NCBI GenBank assembly: GCA_038874215.1 | Contig: JAVZCV010000001.1 | Location: 98,427 to 161,995 of the forward strand | Direction of reading: 5' to 3' | Source of the DNA: Candidatus Micrarchaeia archaeon | GTDB lineage: Archaea; Micrarchaeota; Micrarchaeia; Burarchaeales; JAVZCV01 | DNA length: 63,569 bases | In this document: in pieces, positions 57,815 through 63,569 of the stretch | Layout of the letters: every line of letters begins with the position of its first letter | Numbering within the stretch: position 1 is the first letter of the stretch | Notes under the pieces: generated by a model | The model's database searches: none | What the model saw: only the letters and a program-made list of their open reading frames with translations | Told to the model about the DNA's origin: nothing | Position numbers and translations under genes: made by a program

Positions 57815-58912
57815 CTATGTTGTGATTTCCTTCATCCTTCCAGTCTCCTCCGCTTCCCTTATCTCTATCGCTATTCTCCTTCCCGTGCTCATAGGCTCTC
57901 TCCAAAGGTATTCCGTGTATGGGGTGAATCTCGTGCCTGGCGAACCGGGCACGCGCATGCTCACATCAAAAATGACTGGCTTCTCGCCTTTTTCTTCTGG
58001 GACTACTGCACCCTGCAAAGCAAAAGGCCCGATTATCCCAGGAGGATATTCTTTTTTGCTCGCCTCAACGAATCTCTCACCAAGCTCAAAAACCTCTTCA
58101 AGAAGGCTTTCCCTGAGGGTGCATGCAACATGGCCAACCTCTATGTTTTTCACGCGCACGTATTTGAGAAGCTCCAGTTGCTCCTTTGCGGGCAGGCGCA
58201 GAATTCCGTCTATATTCGTCTGCCTTCTCATGTCTATCCCGAGCAGTTCAAGCTCGCCGCTCAGCGGAGAGTAGAAGTAGTTGAAGTTGAACTGCGCCCC
58301 AACGACATACTCCTCTATCACGGCGCTCTCAAGCCCTTCCTTCGTTATGATGCACTTTTCAAGCATCTCCCTCGCCTTCTGCTCATACTCCTCATAGCTC
58401 GTTGCGAAGAAGAATGCCCTCTCATACGAGCGCTTTGCCTCTGGCGCCTTCACTATGACGAGCGTGTCTATCTCCTCTGGCTTGAGCTGGCGGGGAAACC
58501 TTATTCCCGCTTTCTTAAGCAGGTAGTACTGGTTTTTCTTTTCGTAGCGCTCCTCAGCCCTGAGCATCCACCTGTTCCCGAAGATGGGCACATTGAATTT
58601 TTTCTCAATATTATCGTATCCGACATAAACTGAGAAGGAGCGGTTTGGGACGAAAACGCATTCAAGCTCTTGCAGTTTCTCCTTAACAGGCTCATTCACG
58701 ATATCTGCGAATTTATCAAGCAGTATTATCTCGTCAATTATCCCGATTTCCCTTCCATGGGCGTTCCTGCACCTATGCCGCACGTATGTTTTCTCCCTTC
58801 CCCTCTGGCATACTACGACAGTTTTTAGCCTCTCCTTTTTCGCACCTTCGCATATGTCAAGCGCGGAGTGGCTTCCGAGAGAGCAAACAGCTACCATTAA
58901 TCCGTTATACAC
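57815..58912 (-). CDS. purP: FAICAR synthetase PurP, paralog 1
   Basis: VCSLGSHSALDICEGAKKE, VPIFGNRWMLR, STGRRIAIEI: same family architecture as the downstream gene. Confidence 0.88.
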   Translation of the reverse strand: MYNGLMVAVCSLGSHSALDICEGAKKERLKTVVVCQRGREKTYVRHRCRNAHGREIGIIDEIILLDKFADIVNEPVKEKLQELECVFVPNRSFSVYVGYDNIEKKFNVPIFGNRWMLRAEERYEKKNQYYLLKKAGIRFPRQLKPEEIDTLVIVKAPEAKRSYERAFFFATSYEEYEQKAREMLEKCIITKEGLESAVIEEYVVGAQFNFNYFYSPLSGELELLGIDMRRQTNIDGILRLPAKEQLELLKYVRVKNIEVGHVACTLRESLLEEVFELGERFVEASKKEYPPGIIGPFALQGAVVPEEKGEKPVIFDVSMRVPGSPGTRFTPYTEYLWREPMSTGRRIAIEIREAEETGRMKEITT

Positions 58913-58959
58913 TCACAATATTTAAAACTTATATGGGAGATTGCTCATAGGGTGTCTGC

Positions 58960-59916
58960 GTGGGGTTTGACCCGAAGAAGTTCATAGAGAGATCGGTTGC
59001 TGAAATACGCGAACAAGTTGGGAGCTCAAAGGCGATAATAGCTGTTTCTGGCGGTGTTGACAGCTCTGTTGCCGCCGCTCTTGTAAACCGGGCGGTTTCT
59101 GGGCGGCTCGTTGCTGTTTTCGTTGATACGGGGCTTATGAGGATTGGCGAAGCCGAAAGCGTGAAGAATGCGCTCGGTGCGGTAGGCATAGATGTGCTCG
59201 TTGTTGATGCGTCAGATAGGTTTTTCTCAGCCCTTAAGGGAATAAAAAGCCCAGAGAAGAAGAGGAAGGTTATAGGCGAAACTTTCATACGCGTTTTTGA
59301 GGAGATTGCAGAGAAGGAAGGCGTTGAGTTTCTCGTGCAGGGCACAATCGCCCCAGACTGGATAGAGAGCGGCGGCATGGGGAGGGACAGGATAAAGTCC
59401 CACCACAACGTTGGAGGCCTGCCTTCAAGAATGAAGCTTAAGCTCATTGAGCCTCTACGCGAACTCTACAAACATGAGGTGCGCATGCTCGCGCGCGAGC
59501 TAGGCCTTCCCGAGAGCATAAGCGAGAGGCAGCCCTTCCCAGGGCCTGGCATAGGCGTTAGGATAATCGGCGAGATAACGAGGGAAAAAGCGGATATCGC
59601 AAAGAGGGCGTGCAAGATAGTGGAGGAGGAGATTGAAGCTGCGTGCAGGCATGGTGAAATTAAGCTCCCATGGCAGTACTTTGCGGCACTCATGCCGACG
59701 AGGACTGTTGGAGTGCGCGGAGATGAGAGAGCATACCAGTATACAGTAGTCGTCCGATGTGTTGATTCTCTTGATGGGATGACTGCGAATTTTTCCCGCA
59801 TCCCGCCCCACGTGCTTGAGAAGATATCAACGAGAATAACGAACGAGATACGGGAAGTTGGCCGCGTTCTCTATGATATAACGAACAAGCCGCCTGGCAC
59901 GATAGAGATGGAGTAG
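58960..59916 (+). CDS. guaAB: GMP synthase subunit B (ATP pyrophosphatase)
   Basis: PP-loop SGGVDSSV and SHHNVGGLP. GTG start. TATA-like ATATTTAAAAC about 35 nt upstream. Confidence 0.93.
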   Translation: MGFDPKKFIERSVAEIREQVGSSKAIIAVSGGVDSSVAAALVNRAVSGRLVAVFVDTGLMRIGEAESVKNALGAVGIDVLVVDASDRFFSALKGIKSPEKKRKVIGETFIRVFEEIAEKEGVEFLVQGTIAPDWIESGGMGRDRIKSHHNVGGLPSRMKLKLIEPLRELYKHEVRMLARELGLPESISERQPFPGPGIGVRIIGEITREKADIAKRACKIVEEEIEAACRHGEIKLPWQYFAALMPTRTVGVRGDERAYQYTVVVRCVDSLDGMTANFSRIPPHVLEKISTRITNEIREVGRVLYDITNKPPGTIEME

Positions 59917-59923
59917 TGGTTTT

Positions 59924-60490
59924 TTGATAGCGATAATAGACAACGGGGGCCAGTACACGCACCTTATAGGGAGGTGCGTGCGGGAGCTTGGCTTTGAAGC
60001 ACGGACTTTCCAGAACAAATCAAGCTTTGAAGCTGTTAAGGAAGCGGACGCAATCATACTCAGCGGGGGGCCTGGCTCTGCATACAAGGATGATTTTGGG
60101 ATATGCGAAAGAGCTGTTATGCAAGCTTTTGAAAAGGGCATGCCTCTTCTTGGGATATGCATGGGCCACCAGCTCATAGCCCATTATCTCGGCGGCTCTG
60201 TTGGGAGAGGGGAGAACGCCGAATATGGTGTTGTTGAGATAAGCGTGGATGAGGAGAGAGTGCTTTTTTCTGGTGTGCCGAGGCGATTCAGGGCATGGGT
60301 ATCCCATTTTGATGAAGTGAAGAAGATGCCGAAGGGATTCGTAAAAACCGCACATTCGGAAAAGTGTGGCGTTGAGGCGATGGAGCACGAAAAGAAGCCT
60401 ATTTTCGGCGTCCAGTTCCATCCCGAGGTTTGGCACACTGAGCACGGAGAAAAGATAATTGCAAACTTCCTCTCTCTCATGAAGAAGTGA
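59924..60490 (+). CDS. guaAA: GMP synthase subunit A (glutamine amidotransferase)
   Basis: GICMGHQL (nucleophile Cys) and VQFHPEV. TTG start. Confidence 0.93.
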   Translation: MIAIIDNGGQYTHLIGRCVRELGFEARTFQNKSSFEAVKEADAIILSGGPGSAYKDDFGICERAVMQAFEKGMPLLGICMGHQLIAHYLGGSVGRGENAEYGVVEISVDEERVLFSGVPRRFRAWVSHFDEVKKMPKGFVKTAHSEKCGVEAMEHEKKPIFGVQFHPEVWHTEHGEKIIANFLSLMKK

Positions 60491-60494
60491 TAGC

Positions 60495-61055
60495 GTGGAA
60501 TGGCTGGAATTCAAGAAACGCAGGCTCGCGCTTCTTGAGAAAGACAAGCGAATAGATGTTGGAATCCTGCCCCTTCTCAGGTGTATAAATTCCTTTGAGG
60601 AGTTCTGCACCTCTTCCTCATGCGCAGGGAGAATAACTCTACTTTCAATCCTCAGCTCTAAAAAAGATGCCGAAATATATGCGAAGTGGCACGAGCCCCC
60701 CTCTTTTGAAGAGTTTGTTGAAAAACTATCGTCATACAGGGGGAGGAAGCCTCTCTGGTTCAGGTGCGAGCCCTTCATACTGCATGTTTTCGCAAGGGAT
60801 TTTGAGAGCGCGCTCAATTTCATGCGCATATGCAGGAGAGCAGGAATAAAGAGGGGCGGGATACAATTTTCGCGAGAATTTGCATTCATTGAGATAGAGG
60901 GTACGCACGGCTTTGCCCTTCCTGTAAAGGGAGGAGGGAAGCAGCTGGTCAGTAAAGGATATTTGAGGCTTATCGTAAATGAGGCAAACAAAAATTTGGT
61001 AAAAAACGCACTCCAGATTATGAGGCTTGAAGGAGAGCTTGAATCAGTGAAATAA
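60495..61055 (+). CDS. taw3: tRNA(Phe) wyosine-derivative methyltransferase Taw3 (TYW3 family)
   Basis: Characteristic FCTSSSCAGRITLL motif; about 186 aa. Confidence 0.8.
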   Translation: MEWLEFKKRRLALLEKDKRIDVGILPLLRCINSFEEFCTSSSCAGRITLLSILSSKKDAEIYAKWHEPPSFEEFVEKLSSYRGRKPLWFRCEPFILHVFARDFESALNFMRICRRAGIKRGGIQFSREFAFIEIEGTHGFALPVKGGGKQLVSKGYLRLIVNEANKNLVKNALQIMRLEGELESVK

Positions 61056-61086
61056 TTTTTATTTTTTTCTCTATACTCCTTTACTC

Positions 61087-61938
61087 ATGTTTGGTGCGAT
61101 AAGCAACGGATTTTTGCTGATGAAGCAGTCTTTCTCAGTGCTTATGAAGGACAAGGAGATACTCCTCTTTCCCATCATAGCTTCTGTTTTTACAGGGCTT
61201 GCCTTCATATCATTATTTGTGCCGTATGCTTTGCTTCTGGGGGTGCTTGGCGACTATGCGGAACCCGTTGCATTTCTGCTCTTGTTCCTATTTTATTTTG
61301 TAAGCTCTTTAATCACAATCTTCTTCAACGCCGCTCTTGTAAGCTGTGTGAACATAAGGTTCAGCGGCGGGGACCCGACTTTTATGGATGGGATAAGAAG
61401 CGCGCTTAGGCATCTCCCAAAAATAATCGTCTGGGCGCTTTTTGTTGCAACAGTCGGCCTGGCTCTCCGCATGCTTGCAAGCCTTGCAGAGCGCAGCAAA
61501 AGCGAAGCGATGAGGCTGATTGGCAGGATTGTTGTAAGTGCGCTTGGCGCTGCGTGGAGCGTTGCCACTTTTTTCGTTGTGCCTATAATTGTGCTTGAGA
61601 ATGAGAGCAATCCGCTCGCAGCAATAAAGAAGTCTGTCAATCTCGTTTTCCGCACGTGGGGCGAGAACGCAGTAGGCCAGGTTTCAATGGCGATTTTCTT
61701 CTTCATAGCAGGCATTCTTGGTGCTATACCGATTGTGATTGGCCTTTCGGTAGGCAGTTTGCTGTTTCTCATCCTTGGCATAGGCTTTGCGCTCATATAC
61801 TGGTTTTTGCTCGCAATACTCAACTCTGCCCTAAGCAGTATCTTTACCGTTGCGCTCTATCGGTACGCAACAACTGGCAAAGTGGTTGAGGATTTCAGCC
61901 CTGAGCTTGTCAGGGGCGCATTTGCCCCCCACCAGTGA
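61087..61938 (+). CDS. multi-pass membrane protein (DUF6159-like)
   Basis: 283 aa with 6 hydrophobic helices. The N-terminus MFGAISNGFLLMKQSFSVLMKDKEILLFP resembles that family as recalled. Confidence 0.6.
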   Translation: MFGAISNGFLLMKQSFSVLMKDKEILLFPIIASVFTGLAFISLFVPYALLLGVLGDYAEPVAFLLLFLFYFVSSLITIFFNAALVSCVNIRFSGGDPTFMDGIRSALRHLPKIIVWALFVATVGLALRMLASLAERSKSEAMRLIGRIVVSALGAAWSVATFFVVPIIVLENESNPLAAIKKSVNLVFRTWGENAVGQVSMAIFFFIAGILGAIPIVIGLSVGSLLFLILGIGFALIYWFLLAILNSALSSIFTVALYRYATTGKVVEDFSPELVRGAFAPHQ

Positions 61939-61968
61939 TTGAATCTTCCGCTTTTCCCAATCGGAGAA

Positions 61969-61980
61969 TTTTATATATTT
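61969..61980 (+). promoter_or_regulatory. TATA-box candidate for tRNA-Leu
   Basis: TTTTATATATTT centred about 27 nt upstream of the tRNA 5' end. Confidence 0.5.
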
Positions 61981-62001
61981 TAGTCTCAGTATTATTCTTG
62001 T

Positions 62002-62239
62002 GCAGGGGTGCCGGAGCCTGGTCAATTAGCCCTTTTCTTTCATGAAGAAAAGTGCTAAGACCCCAAAAGAAACGGGCAGACCAAACGGGGCAGACTCAAG
62101 TAAACTTTTCTTTCAAAAAGAAAAGTTTAATCAAAAGAAAGAGACATCTGCTGGCTTAGGCCTACGAGAGTTCAAAGAGAAACCGCCAGCGCGGTTTCCT
62201 CTACCTTCCAGCAACTCGGAACAAATCTCTCCCCCTGCA
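62002..62239 (+). tRNA. tRNA-Leu(CAA) with three predicted introns
   Basis: Acceptor GCAGGGG/CCCCTGC+A. D-arm CCG-GAGCCTGGTCAA|A-CGG. Anticodon stem GCAGA/TCTGC with loop CT-CAA-G|A. Variable arm TGGCTTAGGCCTAC. T-stem GAGAG/CTCTC with T-loop TTCAAA|T. Exons 62002-62025, 62085-62100, 62146-62176, 62226-62239 (85 nt). Introns about 59, 45 and 49 nt. Confidence 0.8.
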
Positions 62240-62289
62240 CTCTACCCACTTCTCTGAGCAACTATTCAGATGTCTTGGGGCATTACGGT

Positions 62290-62313
62290 AGAGCGGCGGT
62301 TTCGCTCCGCTCT
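62290..62313. terminator. hairpin between convergent tRNA-Leu and the HEAT-repeat gene
   Basis: AGAGCGG-N10-CCGCTCT (7-bp stem) followed by CTTTATT. Confidence 0.3.
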
Positions 62314-62353
62314 CTTTATTGCCTTCAAAAGTAGTAAGCATCCTCCTGCTTCC

Positions 62354-63569
62354 CTAATGTGGCATCCACTTTTTGCCATTACCGTCCTTTTTCCTAAGCC
62401 TTCCTAATAACCTGCTTGGCCAGACATTCCTGCCCATCCTCCTCTCAGCTTCCCGAGCCCTCCTATGTTCTTCAAGCATTTCGAGGGCCTTATCTATCAA
62501 TCCCAGAGCGTATTTTTCTGCTTCCCAGAACGATAGTTTTACTACTCTCTCGCTGAAGACGCTTCTTGCTTCCCGAAGCGCATTCTCCCCAAGCTTTTCA
62601 ACAGTGCCATTCTCAATAGCATTTTCCAGCATTTCAATGATAGAACGACGGGCGTTTACCATTATATCCTCTGCAGGGCTTCCTGTTATACTGAGTGCAT
62701 CTACAAGTGCCCTTAGTGCACGCCCATCTGCGAAGAAGCGAAGCGCGTAAGCCGCAACAGTCCTCTCATTACTTCTTGCCTTATCATTCCTCAAGGTGTT
62801 TATGAGGTTTTCCATCAGATTGGGTTCCGCTGCTTCAAGGGTTCTTATTGCATCGGGTGTTGCTATCTCAAGCAGTGCTCTTCTTGCAGCAGTGCGAACA
62901 GTTTCATTTTCATCTGTAAGGAGCCTAGCAAGCGCTTTTGTTGCGCCATGTTGATATGCTGGAAGATAAGGTATCTTGCTTAGGTCTAACTTTGCAAGCT
63001 CATAAAGGCCTAATTTGCTAGCAGCGCCAAGGAGAGACATGAATTCATCAACTTTTTCTGGTGCAACTCCTGCTATGCTTTCTCTTTTTGAATAAAGTAA
63101 AAACTCTACATCAACCACGTAAACTTTATCGTCTCCAGGCGCATTGGAAAAAAGGTACTCTGCTATCGCGTTAAGGACTGCGTCCTTCTCAGCTTGCGTG
63201 AGGCTTAGTTGCCTGCCGATAAGTTGTGGGGCAGAGTTCATGAGTATCTCTAAGTTGCTCAAAACGCGCCATATGCCGCCCATCAGAAAGCCGATCTCCC
63301 CAAGCGCAGAGATTAGATATTTTCTTGTTTCGGGCTCGCGTGCGGTTGCTGATGCCTCTGCTAGATATGGCACAGTATCATTAACTGCATACTGTTCCAT
63401 CGGCGTTCCTCTTCTTTTCGCATAGTCCCATTCAAATCTATGCTTGAGTAGAACTCCAAGTGCTTCTGCCACATACTTCTTGACTTCTGCAGATGTTTCT
63501 ACCCGTAATCTATCCAGTATCATTGGGACAGCGCTGGCATCGCCAATCCACGATAGTGCTATGAGCGCG
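62354..63569 (-). CDS. HEAT-repeat (PBS-lyase-like) protein, 5' end outside window
   Basis: Repeated A..ALG.IGD..AV..L-type units. The frame stays open upstream of the track's ATG to the window edge (..ALIALSWIGDASAVPM..). Confidence 0.75.
   Translation of the reverse strand, partial: ALIALSWIGDASAVPMILDRLRVETSAEVKKYVAEALGVLLKHRFEWDYAKRRGTPMEQYAVNDTVPYLAEASATAREPETRKYLISALGEIGFLMGGIWRVLSNLEILMNSAPQLIGRQLSLTQAEKDAVLNAIAEYLFSNAPGDDKVYVVDVEFLLYSKRESIAGVAPEKVDEFMSLLGAASKLGLYELAKLDLSKIPYLPAYQHGATKALARLLTDENETVRTAARRALLEIATPDAIRTLEAAEPNLMENLINTLRNDKARSNERTVAAYALRFFADGRALRALVDALSITGSPAEDIMVNARRSIIEMLENAIENGTVEKLGENALREARSVFSERVVKLSFWEAEKYALGLIDKALEMLEEHRRAREAERRMGRNVWPSRLLGRLRKKDGNGKKWMPH

Noticed and set aside
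56748-57905. Track start (ATG at 57905) for the second purP, giving an N-terminal extension MERAYEHGKENSDRDKGSGGDWKDEGNHNIVW.
   Set aside because: The extension overlaps the upstream purP by 91 nt and is unlike PurP N-termini. The family-conserved sequence begins right after a GTG at 57809. The same reasoning trimmed 19313-20827 (to 20686), 28469-29437 (to 28547), 29332-30717 (to 29482), 34203 (to 34260), 34777 (to 34822) and 52477 (to 52564).
62072-62095. Alternative exon assignment for tRNA-Leu using the first copy of the direct repeat (ACGGGCAGAC) instead of the second (ACGGGGCAGAC).
   Set aside because: Using the first copy removes position 26 and separates the anticodon-stem 5' strand from the CT-CAA-G loop. 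Only the second copy gives a continuous D-stem/26/anticodon-stem/loop.
62042-62257. 71-aa ORF (MKKSAKTPKETGRPNGADSSKLFFQKEKFNQKKE...) between the DUF6159-like gene and the HEAT-repeat gene.
   Set aside because: It lies entirely inside the tRNA-Leu(CAA) locus, and its K/E-rich sequence is simply the translation of the A/G-rich intron hairpins.

Overview
Compact archaeal chromosomal segment: genes are densely packed, many junctions are ATGA/TGATG overlaps, and GTG/TTG starts are frequent. No CRISPR array, transposase, integrase or rRNA was seen. Housekeeping content: (i) the conserved archaeal transcription/translation cluster rpoH-rpoB''-rpoB'-rpoA'-rpoA''-L30e-nusA-S12-S7-EF2 on the minus strand (36.7-47.8 kb), with a split rpoB; (ii) a pyrimidine cluster pyrF-pyrE-pyrD-pyrK-(nitroreductase)-pyrC (50.1-55.2 kb); (iii) tandem purP paralogs plus split GMP synthase and Taw3 (56.7-61.1 kb); (iv) archaeal ether-lipid genes (GGGP synthase, CDP-archaeol synthase); (v) FtsZ, FEN-1, MBF1, archaeal SAM synthetase, prephenate dehydrogenase, deoxyhypusine synthase, AlaRS, a P-type ATPase, HtpX, SppA, a site-2 protease and a GH15 glycosidase. 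Two things stand out. First, three of the four tRNA genes are interrupted. tRNA-Ser(GCU) and tRNA-Leu(CAA) each appear to carry three introns (D-arm, canonical 37/38, T-loop). tRNA-Gln(CUG) carries one T-loop intron. All three share the same non-canonical T-loop insertion point, and two of the Leu introns share a near-identical hairpin core. An SRP (7S) RNA gene sits 4 nt upstream of the tRNA-Ser. Second, a tightly coupled six-gene operon (29.5-36.0 kb) encodes a membrane-anchored protein with a duplicated cytoplasmic HTH-like module and a Cys-rich ectodomain, followed by five proteins with class III (type IV prepilin-like) signal peptides, one of them 912 aa. No pilus ATPase, platform protein or prepilin peptidase is in the window. 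Lineage guess (low confidence): a euryarchaeal-grade or DPANN-like archaeon (split rpoB, compact genome) with a Thermoproteales-like tRNA intron load. All calls come from reading the sequence and ORF translations; no database search was possible.
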